DNA of 64,000 nt from the NCBI GenBank assembly GCA_963777505.1, contig CAVZQN010000011.1, positions 32,001 to 96,000 on the forward strand, in the 5' to 3' direction. Position numbers and translations under genes: made by a program. Origin of the DNA: an uncultured bacterium (GTDB lineage Bacteria; Acidobacteriota; HRBIN11; JAKEFK01). The notes under the pieces are model-generated. The model was given only the letters and a program-made list of their open reading frames with translations, was not told the DNA's origin and searched no databases. Each line of letters begins with the position of its first letter. The first letter of the stretch is position 1. This document shows positions 49,208-60,080 of this stretch, one piece after another.

Positions 49208-49293
49208 TGCCGAGGGCCGGACTCGAACCGGCACAGGCCTTGCGGCCCGCGGGATTTTAAGTCCCGTGTGTCTACCAATTCCACCACCCCGGC
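49208..49293 (-). tRNA. tRNA-Leu(TAA)
   Basis: GCCGGGGTGGTGGAATTGGTAGACAC...CTTAAAA...GGTTCGAGTCC...CGGCA with long variable arm. Confidence 0.95.
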
Positions 49294-49411
49294 TATTCAA
49301 TTTTTCAAAGTATGGCGGATACAGAAGGTATTTATAATAGCCTTATTTATGTGTAGGAGTCGAGACCTCGCGTGATTGTATGAAAAATACATTTTTGGTA
49401 AAAAGTTTCTG

Positions 49412-50419
49412 ATGCGAGTCCTGGAAATTCGTGAACCATTCGGGATTGATTCCGTCGTCTTTACTACACGTCCGGATCCTGTTGCCGGGCCGCACGATGT
49501 GATCGTGCAAATCAAGGCGCTTTCGCTGAATTATCGCGACAATTTAGTTATCGATGGCATGAATCGTTGGCGACCCACCGGACCACGCATTCCTGTTTCT
49601 GATGGCGTCGGAGTGGTTGTTGATATTGGCTCCGCTGTAACACGCTTCAAGAACGGAGATCGAGTTGCTCCTATTTTTTATCCAAAGTGGATCGATGGTC
49701 AACCAACTCCTGAGAAAATGCAGGGTGCGCTTGGCGGCGCAGCAGCCGACGGCCTTTGCGCCGAATACGCAGTCATTGATGAATCTGCATTAGTGTTAGT
49801 GCCTTCGCATCTGAGCGATGAAGAAGCATCGACACTTCCATGCGCAGCGGTGACCGCATGGAACGGAATCGCAGAAGGCATTCCAGCAAAGGAAGGGGAC
49901 ACAATCGTTGTTCTTGGCACAGGCGGCGTTGCGTTATTCGCTTTGCAGTTCGCGAAACTCTTCGGTGCACGCGTGATCATTACTTCAAGCAGTGATTTGA
50001 AACTCGAACGCGCACGCAAGCTAGGCGCAGACGCCTGCATCAATTACCGCACAACGCCAAACTGGCCACGCGCGTTGCGCGACCAAACAGATGGCCGCGG
50101 CGCAGACATTGTTATCGACACTGCAGGAGTGCTGAATGAAGCAATCGATGCCGTTTGTGTTGGCGGAACGATTGCGTTCATCGGACTCCTTCTTGGGACG
50201 CATTCGGATATCGATCTGGTGAAACTCATGGGAAGCAGCGCTACGATCAGGGCGATCGATGTTGGCTCGCGTGCCATGTTCGAATCAATGAACCGTGCGA
50301 TCGAATTAGCAAAGCTACGACCAGTGATCGATCGAACGTTTTCCTTCGATGAATTCCATGAAGCCTGCCGATACTTCCGCAGCGGCTCTCACTTCGGTAA
50401 AGTGTGCATTCGCGCATGA
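49412..50419 (+). CDS. Zinc-type alcohol dehydrogenase-like (MDR) oxidoreductase
   Basis: SLNYRD, PVSDG, LPCAAVTAW, GTGGV, HFGKV. Confidence 0.9.
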   Translation: MRVLEIREPFGIDSVVFTTRPDPVAGPHDVIVQIKALSLNYRDNLVIDGMNRWRPTGPRIPVSDGVGVVVDIGSAVTRFKNGDRVAPIFYPKWIDGQPTPEKMQGALGGAAADGLCAEYAVIDESALVLVPSHLSDEEASTLPCAAVTAWNGIAEGIPAKEGDTIVVLGTGGVALFALQFAKLFGARVIITSSSDLKLERARKLGADACINYRTTPNWPRALRDQTDGRGADIVIDTAGVLNEAIDAVCVGGTIAFIGLLLGTHSDIDLVKLMGSSATIRAIDVGSRAMFESMNRAIELAKLRPVIDRTFSFDEFHEACRYFRSGSHFGKVCIRA

Positions 50420-50455
50420 CTGCGGCTCTCGCAAGATGCGATATAATTCGCGCGA

Positions 50456-51669
50456 ATGAAGTCGCGCCGCTTTCCTTTTGAATACTTCCTCATTGTTTTA
50501 GTTCCTCTCTCTTTGTTTTGCGGCGCAAGGTTCGTAAAGGAAATCACAAAGTATCCATGGGAAACAGTTTCCTGCGAAATCAAAAGAGGTTACATCGAAC
50601 CGAATACAGAAAGTACTGCCACCAAACTTCCACATCGTGCCGAAATCGTTTATAGCTGTGACAATCCATCAGTCGGCATCTTTATGTGGGACGATTTCGC
50701 CACTGAACAAGAGGCTCAGGGTTTTCTCGATCGCTATAAACCTGGAAGCACAGTTACTGGCTACAAGTCGGGTAGTGAAATAAAACTCATTCGCAAGCCG
50801 GTGTGGTTACTGCCTGCGTATTTGATTCCAATTTTCTTAATGTTTTTTGTTGCAGCGAAGTTGAAGAAAAAAGAATTACAAATACAAAGTGAGGTTGCTT
50901 CACAAGCTCTGGTAGCTACTCAGAAGAAGAAGGAACAAATTTCCCGCTTGCCAAAAATGTCAAAACCTTCGATCAAACCTCAGCAACTCCATTGGAGAAC
51001 AGGTCAGGCACTGAAGAGTGGAAGGAAATGTTGGGCACTGATCAAAATAGAAGTGCATTAAAACCACGTCGCGCACAACTGATGCAGTTTGTTGGAATGC
51101 TTGTCATGCTGGTGATTCTATTGGGCCTTACGTTATGGGCATCTTTTTCTGCTTATAAAACATGGAAAGCCGGTCTACAACCTGGTTGCGGTCTAGCTGC
51201 GGCACCTTTTCTGGCTTTTGCTTGTGCCAGGGTTTTAATTAATGTCGTTCGACAATTACTCGGATTGGTGAATCCACGGCCTGATGTGAAGCTAAGTTCT
51301 GCATCAACATGGCCTGGCGGATCCATGGATTTATCCTGGCGTTACGAAGGGAAAATTGGCGGAGCAAAAAAGATTATTTTCATTCTTGTTGGACGCGAAT
51401 ACGGAATTGAACAACAGACAACCAAAGGAAAAACACGATACACCAGCAAGCAAGTAGATTCAGTAATACTTCCGATTTATGAGACTGTTCAAATTTTCGA
51501 AATTCGTGACGGAAGAACAAGAATCAAAATACCGGACAACCTGATGCATTCGTTCTTCTTCGGTTATTCAAAAATAGAATGGCTGCTCAGAGTAGAAGTG
51601 AAAATTGGTGGTTGGGCCGATGTGCATGAAGAATATCCAATCGTAATTCAACCATCACCGATCTCATAA
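50456..51669 (+). CDS. DUF3592-like membrane protein, probably one gene frameshifted between ~50893 and 51061
   Basis: TM-beta domain-TM, then 2 TMs + NPRP + beta-rich C-domain in an overlapping frame. Confidence 0.55.
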
Positions 51670-51677
51670 GAAGGAAT

Positions 51678-52079
51678 ATGAAAGACATAGAAGACGAAAT
51701 AGAAGAAACTGATGATGAATATTTATATGTAGACTTTCCGCGAGATTCCTACAAACCCGGGGAAGTGATTGATGGAACGGTTCGTTGGAAGTTTGAAGAA
51801 CCAGCAGGGGATATCGATGTATCTTTGATGTTGGAAGTTTCCAATAAAGTTCAAACGGACCCACTGTACCCAGCAGGACTTCGCTGGTCCAACCTTCCTG
51901 AAGAAGGCGTTATCAGTTTTTCTTTTAAACTGCCTGAAGGTCCGTATACATATGAGGGAAAAGGCTTTCAAGTCCATTGGTATGTGGAAGCCAAATGTCC
52001 GGAATTTGATTGGACCGATGAAGCAGGATTTACTCTTTCGCCAACAGGAAATGCTTTCACGCTAAGCCTTATTGTTTAA
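51678..52079 (+). CDS. Hypothetical beta-sandwich protein
   Basis: YKPGEVIDGTVRW, FKLPEGPYTYEG; AAGGA RBS. Confidence 0.7.
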   Translation: MKDIEDEIEETDDEYLYVDFPRDSYKPGEVIDGTVRWKFEEPAGDIDVSLMLEVSNKVQTDPLYPAGLRWSNLPEEGVISFSFKLPEGPYTYEGKGFQVHWYVEAKCPEFDWTDEAGFTLSPTGNAFTLSLIV

Positions 52080-52081
52080 AT

Positions 52082-52303
52082 ATGACAAACGATGAAGTTC
52101 GCCAATTGTTATTGGCAGGGAAGAAGATTGAAGCCATCAAGCTTTATCGTGAAGCGAGCGGACTCGGCTTGAAGGAATCCAAAGATGCAGTGGAAGCTGT
52201 TGAAAGTGAATTACGGAAGACTGGTTTGCTTCCACAAAAATCTTCGGGTTGTTTAAGTTTGCTCTTACTTTTTTCCGGTCTCCTCTGGTTTATCTTTGGT
52301 TAA
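52082..52303 (+). CDS. Small L7/L12 C-terminal-like domain protein with C-terminal TM
   Basis: KKIEAIKLYREASGLGLKESKDAVE followed by a hydrophobic tail. Confidence 0.75.
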   Translation: MTNDEVRQLLLAGKKIEAIKLYREASGLGLKESKDAVEAVESELRKTGLLPQKSSGCLSLLLLFSGLLWFIFG

Positions 52304-53437
52304 GTGTTTGAAATAAAACTCAAGCCAATCAGCCGGATACCCGCCTTTTTCTGCAAGTGCTTTCGATTCTTCAAAATTTTTTCCTTGCTGAATTTGATTT
52401 TGAACAAAAACGTACATGGACTCCGTCTTATCATAAATCGCGCGCAGATCGGCAATCGGGACCGGTTTGGCGTGACCGCTCAGGACAATCGTATTTTCAG
52501 GCAGAGATTTAATAAACGGACCGAAAACATCAAAATATTCTTTTATGCTTTCACCGGGATACAAATATCTCGGTCCTCCTGGAAAGTAGTTATCTCCCAT
52601 ATGCAGGACATGTGAACTCGCGAAATACACTATCGAATCACCTTCTGAATGCGCCGGAAGTCCAATCACCCGAACTTCTTCACCATTAAAGTAGAGGGTG
52701 AGTTCATCATCAAATACCACGTCCGGCCATTGATTTTCAGGCATTCCAGGAATTGAAAAATCCGAAAAGTATTCAGACGGCTTTTGAATCGCAGGCCTTA
52801 CCTTTGCATGTGCGATGACGACGGCATCTTTGCGCATTCCTGCATTTCCACCGACATGATCCATATGTTCGTGTGTGTTGATAATGCGTCGGACAATTTT
52901 ATTTCCGGATTTAGCATTTAATGCAGATTGAATTTGAGAATTCAATTGTGGATAGCCGCTATCCACAAGTAAAACGCCATCCGTTCCGATCGAAGCTGCG
53001 AGATAACAGCCAGCTCCTTCAATGAGAAAAATATTTTCTGTGACAGGAGTTAGCGTAACTACGTGCGTTTCGTTTTTCTTTTGAATTTTTTGAAATGCCG
53101 GATCGTTTAGGTACTTTTTGAAGGCAGGATCATCAACTGCAATAAAAATCATTGGAGCTTCTATCCCTTCACTGTAGAGAGTCTCCAACGTCTGAAGTGA
53201 TTCTGGAAGTTGATCATTATAAGCATAGGCACGCGCAAGTCCATATTGATAAAAGGGACGGCTGACTTTGTCTGGTTGAAGTTCAACTGCGCGTTTCATG
53301 TGGCTTAAATATGCTTTGTAATCTTTTTTGCCGAGCGCCTCATTCGCTTTTCCCATTTCGGAGCGGTATGTATCTTCGGAAAAAGCGATTCCAACAATAA
53401 AAATCAGAAGTGTGAATGCCCGAAAAAAATGTTTCAT
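52265..53437 (-). CDS. Secreted TPR + metallo-beta-lactamase-fold hydrolase
   Basis: Signal peptide, TPR, THEHMDHVGGN, HSEGD, HMGD, GH. Confidence 0.85.
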   Translation of the reverse strand: MKHFFRAFTLLIFIVGIAFSEDTYRSEMGKANEALGKKDYKAYLSHMKRAVELQPDKVSRPFYQYGLARAYAYNDQLPESLQTLETLYSEGIEAPMIFIAVDDPAFKKYLNDPAFQKIQKKNETHVVTLTPVTENIFLIEGAGCYLAASIGTDGVLLVDSGYPQLNSQIQSALNAKSGNKIVRRIINTHEHMDHVGGNAGMRKDAVVIAHAKVRPAIQKPSEYFSDFSIPGMPENQWPDVVFDDELTLYFNGEEVRVIGLPAHSEGDSIVYFASSHVLHMGDNYFPGGPRYLYPGESIKEYFDVFGPFIKSLPENTIVLSGHAKPVPIADLRAIYDKTESMYVFVQNQIQQGKNFEESKALAEKGGYPADWLEFYFKHLTKDKPEETGKK

Positions 53438-53572
53438 AATTTCGTCCTTTGATTTTGTGATTGTTTATCTTGCGATGTTTCACTACGATTCACAACTGGT
53501 TTGGGGACGAGTGGGACTTTAACGGGAACTGGCCGCAATTAATTAGGATTAGCCCGGAATATGAGTGAAGAG

Positions 53573-53644
53573 AGGCGGCGGTCGGAATTGAACCGACGTA
53601 TAAAGGTTTTGCAGACCTCTGCCTTACCGCTTGGCTACGCCGCC
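53573..53644 (-). tRNA. tRNA-Cys(GCA)
   Basis: GGCGGCGTAGCCAAGCGGTAAGGC...CTGCAAA...GGTTCAATTCC...GCCT. Confidence 0.95.
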
Positions 53645-53670
53645 ATATTTGTGTCTTTGAGGTGTGTAAA

Positions 53671-53745
<75 letters not shown>

Positions 53746-53828
53746 CCGAAAACGAAAGCCTGAATATAACAAAATCCCTATAGGGTGTCAAAGTTTGGCG
53801 AGAATACTTTGTGTCTTTGTGGTTGAGG

Positions 53829-54446
53829 CTAGGCGGGTTGGGTTTTCTTATGTTTTTTATAAAAGCGTCGCCATTTAGCGCGATTGCCGCAGGTTTTCAT
53901 GTCGCACCAGCGGCGTGTCCGATTTTTACTTCGATCTAGAAACATCCAGGTACAGGTTTGCGATCCACATTCCCTAACCAGTTTACGTTCTTCAGAGGTG
54001 AGTAGTTCCGCGGCCGAGTGTACGATCGGCCACATGAGCCGCTCAAGATTCTGATGATCATCTCTCCAGGCCCATTCCATAGCTTTTCCATTTTTGCGAA
54101 GTCTCAGATTCTGCATAATTCGGGCAAGTTGTTGATTCAATAGATCGAGGTCTTTGTTCAATGGAGACTTCGCATGAGCAATCGCTGCGAAAATGCGATG
54201 CATTAAAAGTCGAAATTCTCGCGCCATTGTAAGTGTTTTACCTGCCATAGCTGGATTGGCCGTAGCGCGCTCAGAAAGCACTGTTGCTTCCTTCTGTGTG
54301 ATTGCACCTGTCTGTGTTCCGAAAGCGATAAGGTCACTTAAGTTGTGCAGCTCTTCTTTTGGATCAACCGCACCATACTCATGAATCGTATTCAGAAAAT
54401 CCAGGCAAAGGGATCCACCAAGCAGCTCAAATTGCTGTTTCGACAT
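53829..54446 (-). CDS. ABATE/CGNR zinc-finger regulator
   Basis: LCLDFLNT; C....C.W.F.DRS.N..RRWC.MK.CGNR. Confidence 0.93.
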   Translation of the reverse strand: MSKQQFELLGGSLCLDFLNTIHEYGAVDPKEELHNLSDLIAFGTQTGAITQKEATVLSERATANPAMAGKTLTMAREFRLLMHRIFAAIAHAKSPLNKDLDLLNQQLARIMQNLRLRKNGKAMEWAWRDDHQNLERLMWPIVHSAAELLTSEERKLVRECGSQTCTWMFLDRSKNRTRRWCDMKTCGNRAKWRRFYKKHKKTQPA

Positions 54447-54544
54447 AGCTTCTAGTTTAGTCTGCTAACCTTCAAAATGCAATTGACTAGTTAGTTAAAA
54501 TTGAATAGTATCAAACCATCAAAAGACGATTATGGAGGTTTGCT

Positions 54545-55760
54545 ATGGTTATCGAGCGATTTGAAATTCGTGTTGCTGAAGTCTGTACTAAGCGATTTAC
54601 ACGAAAGGATTGCGCGCACAAGATGGCCCAAAACAGTGCGTGACTCAGGCTGGGATTACGGCACGGACATCAATGTATTGCGAAAGCTTGTCGATTATTG
54701 GCAGGAGAAGTTTGATTGGCGAGCGGAGGAGAGCAGGATTAATTCATTTCCGCAATACCGATTGAAAGTGGATGACCTTCACATCCATTTCGTTCATCTC
54801 CAAAGCAAAAATCCTCAGGCAGTTCCCCTGATCATCACTCATGGATGGCCTGGTTCATTTCTGGAACTATTAAAAATCGCACCGCTACTTCAAGATTCGT
54901 TCCATATTGTCATTCCTTCACTTCCAGGATACGGATTTTCTGATGCGTCAGATATTGCCGGAATGAATCCGAGACGAATCGCAAAACTCTGGGTGAAGCT
55001 GATGGAGGCTTTGGGATACAAAAAATTCATTTCACAGGGTGGAGATTGGGGAGCTACTGTATCCACATGGATCGGTCTGGATTCACCGGAATCCCTGAAC
55101 GGCATTCATTTGAACTACATTCCAGGTTCTTATAAGCCGAGTCTCACAGAAAAAGACAAATTGACTGATCAGGAAAAGAACTTCCTAAAGGATCAGGAAG
55201 AATGGATTCAAAAAGAAGGCGCTTACGGAGCAATTCAGGCGACTAAACCTCAAACGCTTTCGTACGCAATCCACGATTCTCCAGTTGGTCTTGCAGCATG
55301 GATTCTGGAAAAATCTCACGGGTGGAGTCATTCTGGGAAAAATGTTTTGGAACACTTTACTTATGAAGAGTTACTAAGCAACATCATGCTTTATTGGGTA
55401 ACTGAAACCTTTGGTTCATCGATCAGGCTTTATTACGAAGCGAGAAAGTCTCCTGTCCATTTGCAGCCCGGTCAACGTGTCAACGTTCCTTGCGCGATCG
55501 CGCGATTTGCAAAGGAAGAACCGATGCCGCCGCGCGAATGGGTAGAGCGTGGATATAATGTTCGTCGCTGGACTGAATTTCCGGTAGGGAGCCATTTTGC
55601 TGCATTGGAAGTTCCCGAATTGCTCGCAAATGACATAATAGAATCGGCGGATGAATTTTTAACCCCCGGCGTGAGCCGGGGGAACAGTATGTATATGAGA
55701 ATCCAGCCCGCCAAAGGCGGGCGTAAGAGTGTTCAGAGTAATGGTCTTACGCCCGCTTGA
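54545..55760 (+). CDS. Epoxide hydrolase (alpha/beta hydrolase); frameshift near 54580; C-terminus runs into a repeat element
   Basis: GGAGG-ATG MVIERFEIRVAE; HGWPGS, PSLPGYGFS, QGGDWG, DSPVGLAAW, GSHFAALE. Confidence 0.88.
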
Positions 55761-55813
55761 AGCGGGCTGGTTCGTTCTCAATTCTTTTACCCCCGGCTTG
55801 CGCCGGGGGCTAG
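55660..55813. mobile_element. ~154-bp nested palindromic element, copy 2
   Basis: Same architecture and shared internal sequence (GCGGGCGTAAGAGTGTTCA, GAAGCGGGCTGGTTC) as 40510-40668. Confidence 0.75.
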
Positions 55814-55834
55814 TTCATCTAAGGAGCGAATAAT

Positions 55835-56221
55835 ATGAAAGATCTCGCAATCTTATTGGAGAATCGCCCGGGTGCTTTAGCAGAAATGGGTGAAGCGCTT
55901 GGTAAAGCTGGCGTTAGCATCGAAGGCGGCGGGGGATTTGTATTTGAAGGCAAAGGTATCGTGCACTTCTTAGTTGAAAATGGATCAGAAGCGCGCCGTG
56001 CTTTGAATGAAGCGGGAATTAAAGTGTTGGACGAACGTGAAGTTTTAGTACAACGTTTGAAGCAAGATCAACCGGGTCAACTCGGTAAAATTTCACGCAG
56101 AATGGCGGAAGCCGGAGTCAACATTGAAGTGATTTATAGTGATCATCAAAATCAACTGATTCTTGTTGTTGATGATTTTGAGAAAGGGAAGCGAGTTTCA
56201 GAAGCCTGGAAGAGTGAATGA
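55835..56221 (+). CDS. Tandem ACT-domain protein
   Basis: ENRPGALA..AGVSI and DQPGQLG..AGVNI. Confidence 0.88.
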   Translation: MKDLAILLENRPGALAEMGEALGKAGVSIEGGGGFVFEGKGIVHFLVENGSEARRALNEAGIKVLDEREVLVQRLKQDQPGQLGKISRRMAEAGVNIEVIYSDHQNQLILVVDDFEKGKRVSEAWKSE

Positions 56222-56689
56222 TTATTTCTTAACTCCAACTGCCGCATCATAAACAAGATAACCACCTAGATAACCTTGAAGTCCAAGAACGATTCCGCCA
56301 ATCAAAAAGAGGACCAGGAATAAAGGAATCACTTTTCCACCAGGCCGTTTATATGCGATGAATCCCCATAAACTCAGAATCGTGAAAATGCCTGCAACAC
56401 CCCATCCGAGCTTTTCGTGCAATTCAACAAATTCGTGGACAGGTCCACTATGTTGTACGGCATGTTCCGCTAAAATACCGGAATAAAGCGCTCCGTACGA
56501 AAGAAGCGTTCCTGTAATTAGATTGGAAAGTGCTGCAAGCTCAGCACCTTTACTTTTTTTTGCCGCAGCAAAAAGGTAAAACACAAGAGAAATGAACAAA
56601 AGTCCAATTGGAAAATGTACTAATAGCGGATGAAGTTTATGGATCTCAAAATGAAGCGGTAGTTTTGAAAGGGTTTCCAGATATTCCAT
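56222..56689 (-). CDS. DUF2231-like membrane protein
   Basis: LHPLLVHFPI, H..LG, GYLGGYLVY. Confidence 0.8.
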   Translation of the reverse strand: MEYLETLSKLPLHFEIHKLHPLLVHFPIGLLFISLVFYLFAAAKKSKGAELAALSNLITGTLLSYGALYSGILAEHAVQHSGPVHEFVELHEKLGWGVAGIFTILSLWGFIAYKRPGGKVIPLFLVLFLIGGIVLGLQGYLGGYLVYDAAVGVKK

Positions 56690-56696
56690 AGCATCC

Positions 56697-57086
56697 TCAA
56701 GGCTTCTTCATAATCGAATCGGTAATCATTGCAAAAACTTTTTGTTGTTCAGGTTCATTCTTATCCATGACTGCAAGACATTCAGAGAGTTGGAATTTTT
56801 CGTGTAGGATTTCAGCACTTTGGAAGCTTGCAATAATGATTCTTTTGCGGTCTATGCCTTTTTGCCGGGCAAAATGAAGAAATTTTTTCCCATCAATCAT
56901 CGGCATTTCTAAGTCGACGATTAACAAATCGAGGTCAGGCACCAAACCGGTCAATCCTTTTAATGGATCGGTATACGTTTCAACTTTAACTTTATCCCCG
57001 TACCGCTCTTTGAAGAATTGAGCCATTTTGTTGCAAAACAGCGCATTGTCGTCCACAACGACGATTAGTTTCTGTGGCCGAGCCAT
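56697..57086 (-). CDS. Stand-alone response regulator receiver
   Basis: VVDDN, VDLEMPMIDG. Confidence 0.82.
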   Translation of the reverse strand: MARPQKLIVVVDDNALFCNKMAQFFKERYGDKVKVETYTDPLKGLTGLVPDLDLLIVDLEMPMIDGKKFLHFARQKGIDRKRIIIASFQSAEILHEKFQLSECLAVMDKNEPEQQKVFAMITDSIMKKP

Positions 57087-57165
57087 AGTCGTTTATTCTA
57101 TCACGCGGTTTCTTGCTTCACTGCTAAGCATTCGATTACAATGACGGTGAGGTATCTGACCAAAT

Positions 57166-58728
57166 TTGAACGCTCAGCAGAAGTGGGGGGCTGCTGGCCC
57201 TTCGGGTTCAACTTCGGCTAGCGCGGCGTTGATGGATCTGCAGGGATGCATAGCCCGCCTTAGCAGACAAATATTAAATCCAGTTGATTTGTATCAAGCC
57301 GTCTGCGAAGAAGCCCTTAAAATTTTTGGCGCTGAATCTGCAGTTGTACTTTCTTGTTCTGCAGAATCGCGAACCGGCTTTTCTGTAAAGGCACAATCCG
57401 GAGGTGGATTGCCTGGTCCGCTTCCATCCAATCAAACGATGCTTGCTTCGGCATTCCGTGAACTTGAAAGTGGAATATCGAATGTTCGAATGGAAGAGGG
57501 GACCGATCCTGCGGTTTTAATTCCACTTCCTCAGCGTGGATCACCTCATGCGCTGCTTGTATTGCGCGGGCGATCGCCACAATTTGCAACAGATCCTGGC
57601 AGGCTTCAGATTGCAAAAATCTTTGGCGATCTGGTTTCGATTGCTCTTGAAAATGCCGACATGTTTGAACGTGTCTCAAGTAGTCAGCGCGAATGGGAGA
57701 ATACGTTCGATTCGATCGCTGATCCAATTTACATTGTTGATAATGAATATCGCTTGAAAAAGATGAACAAGAGTCTTGCAAGCTATGCGATGCAAAGTAT
57801 CAAACTACCGGAAGGGCAATTCTGTTATCAGCACATTTATCATCGTAATACGATTTGTCCGTGGTGCCCTGTCCCGAAAATGATGCAAACAGGTCTAGCT
57901 GTTACAGTCGAAGCTCCAGTATTTGCGGATGGATTGTGGCAAATTCAAGCATTTCCATTTACAGACAAATCTGGGATCCGTGTCGGGTCAATCAATGTTT
58001 TGCGCGATATGACTCTGTTGAAGCGGATGCAGGAACAATTAATTGAAAGTGAAAAGATGGCTTCAACCGGTAAATTAATTTCAGGTGTTGCTCATGAAGT
58101 CAGGAATCCACTATTCGGAATATCAACAACTGCACGTGCACTTGCAAATGAACTGCAAAACAAAGAAGAGATCAAACCATTTCTAGACATTATTACTAAT
58201 GAGACGGGCAGGTTGAACCGTTTGATGGAAGATTTGCTAAACTATGCACGGCCTGTCAAGATCGATAAGAATGCATCGGATATTGTTCAAGTTGTTCAAG
58301 AAGTGATTGATCACTACAAGAAAACGCCGCAGTACAAAGATGTTGCTATTACACTATATTGTAATGAAATTATCCCGCCAATTTATTTGGATCGAAACAA
58401 GATCAATCAAGTGTTGGTGAATCTGTTTGAGAATGGAATCCAGCATGCGCGCGGCCCAGCAAAGATAGATGTATTTCTGCAATATATGTCGTTGTCAGAT
58501 CCGCATGAGATTCATGTTGTTGTTAAAGACAATGGAATTGGAATCAGTGGGGAATCGTTGCAGCGCATTTTTGATCCATTTTTTACAACCAGACAAAGGG
58601 GTACAGGATTAGGCCTTTCAATCGTCCGAAAAGTGATTCATGATCATGGAGGACGTATTTCAGTGGAATCGCATCAGGGGATAGGCACGACGTTTCGAAT
58701 CAGTCTGCCTGTGGTGGGGGCACCATGA
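57166..58728 (+). CDS. Cytoplasmic GAF-PAS histidine kinase (NtrB-like)
   Basis: WENTFDSI PAS, AHEVRNPL, DNG.G, PFFTT..GTGLGL. Confidence 0.92.
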   Translation: MNAQQKWGAAGPSGSTSASAALMDLQGCIARLSRQILNPVDLYQAVCEEALKIFGAESAVVLSCSAESRTGFSVKAQSGGGLPGPLPSNQTMLASAFRELESGISNVRMEEGTDPAVLIPLPQRGSPHALLVLRGRSPQFATDPGRLQIAKIFGDLVSIALENADMFERVSSSQREWENTFDSIADPIYIVDNEYRLKKMNKSLASYAMQSIKLPEGQFCYQHIYHRNTICPWCPVPKMMQTGLAVTVEAPVFADGLWQIQAFPFTDKSGIRVGSINVLRDMTLLKRMQEQLIESEKMASTGKLISGVAHEVRNPLFGISTTARALANELQNKEEIKPFLDIITNETGRLNRLMEDLLNYARPVKIDKNASDIVQVVQEVIDHYKKTPQYKDVAITLYCNEIIPPIYLDRNKINQVLVNLFENGIQHARGPAKIDVFLQYMSLSDPHEIHVVVKDNGIGISGESLQRIFDPFFTTRQRGTGLGLSIVRKVIHDHGGRISVESHQGIGTTFRISLPVVGAP

Positions 58729-60080
58729 AAGAACAAGTTTTAGTAATTGATGATGAAGAATCAATCCGTTTTGGCCTGACCCGGCTCTTACAGCAAGGTG
58801 GTTACTCTTGCATAACAGCAGGGACGGCAGGGGAAGGCTTTCAGCTTTTTACAACACACAATCCTGCAGTCGTTTTGCTTGATTTGCGCCTTCCTGACAT
58901 GGAAGGGCTTGAGTTCATGAAGAAACTAAAAGAAACGGATAAGTACGTTTCCATCATCATCATGACGGCATATGGAACGATTGAAACAGCGGTTAACGCT
59001 TTAAAATTGGGCGCTGAAAACTTTTTAACAAAGCCGATCGATCCTGATGGTCTTCTTGTATTGCTGCGAAAGACACTTGAAATTAATGAAATTAAAAGAC
59101 GCAGTGATTATTTACAAGTCCAGGAAGAGGCGAAAGCTGCCGATTATTATGTGGGGAAGAGCGAAAAACTGAGAAAGATTCATGAAGTGATTCAGCTCCT
59201 TTCTCAGAATGATACGACTATTTTGATTCTGGGTGAAACCGGAACAGGGAAAGGTCTTTACGCACGATTAATTCACACTCTGAGCAATCGTTCCAGCCAC
59301 AACTTTGTTGAAATTAATTGCGCTGGATTTTCGAAAGAGTTACTTGAATCTGAATTGTTTGGTTATGACAAAGGTGCATTTACAGGAGCTGTCGCAAATA
59401 AGACCGGATTGTTTGAATTGGCCAATGGCGGCACTTTATTCTTAGATGAAATTGGCGAAATGCAAATTGACGTTCAGGCCAAGTTGTTAAAGGTCATTGA
59501 AGACAAACGATTTCGAAGACTGGGCGGCATTCAAGAAAAAGTCGTAGATGTTCGTGTGATTGCAGCATCAAATCGAAATCTTGCAAAAGAAGTAAAGATG
59601 AAGAGCTTCCGTGAGGATTTGTTTTACAGATTGAATGTCATGCCAATCATGATTCCATCATTGCGTGAACTTCGCGAAGATATTCTTCCGTTGTCTGAGC
59701 ATATTCTTCAGATGATCAGCCATAAGGTAGCCAAGAAAATTCTTGGTTTTTCTTCAGCTGCGCAACAAGCAATGTCGAATTACGCATGGCCTGGAAATGT
59801 TCGTGAAATGATCAACCTTGTTGAACGGAGCATGATTCTGTGTCAGGGACCTTACATTGAAGCGAGTGATTTAGGTTTGCCTACCGCATCAAAATCTGCA
59901 ATGCGTCTCACAGAAGAAGATACAGGACTTTCTTCTTTGGAAGAGCTGGAGAAGGAACACATTCGAAAAGTAATTTCAGCCAGCGGTAAAAATCTGAGCA
60001 CCGCTGCCAGGATCCTTGGAATTACACGCTCCACACTCTACAGCAAAATCAAAAAGTACGAACTCGAAGCCGCCGAGTAG
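58725..60080 (+). CDS. Sigma54-dependent response regulator (NtrC family)
   Basis: Receiver, [27 protein letters not shown], Fis-type HTH. Confidence 0.96.
   Translation: MKEQVLVIDDEESIRFGLTRLLQQGGYSCITAGTAGEGFQLFTTHNPAVVLLDLRLPDMEGLEFMKKLKETDKYVSIIIMTAYGTIETAVNALKLGAENFLTKPIDPDGLLVLLRKTLEINEIKRRSDYLQVQEEAKAADYYVGKSEKLRKIHEVIQLLSQNDTTILILGETGTGKGLYARLIHTLSNRSSHNFVEINCAGFSKELLESELFGYDKGAFTGAVANKTGLFELANGGTLFLDEIGEMQIDVQAKLLKVIEDKRFRRLGGIQEKVVDVRVIAASNRNLAKEVKMKSFREDLFYRLNVMPIMIPSLRELREDILPLSEHILQMISHKVAKKILGFSSAAQQAMSNYAWPGNVREMINLVERSMILCQGPYIEASDLGLPTASKSAMRLTEEDTGLSSLEELEKEHIRKVISASGKNLSTAARILGITRSTLYSKIKKYELEAAE

Noticed and set aside
52082-52303. Ribosomal protein gene rplL
   Set aside because: Lacks the N-terminal dimerisation domain, has a TM tail, and is not in the rplJ/rpoB context
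52265-53437. Antibiotic-resistance metallo-beta-lactamase
   Set aside because: HxHxDH is shared by the whole fold; the sequence resembles generic cyclase/glyoxalase II-like hydrolases
49294-53572. Prophage or integrative element
   Set aside because: No integrase, phage genes or att repeats visible
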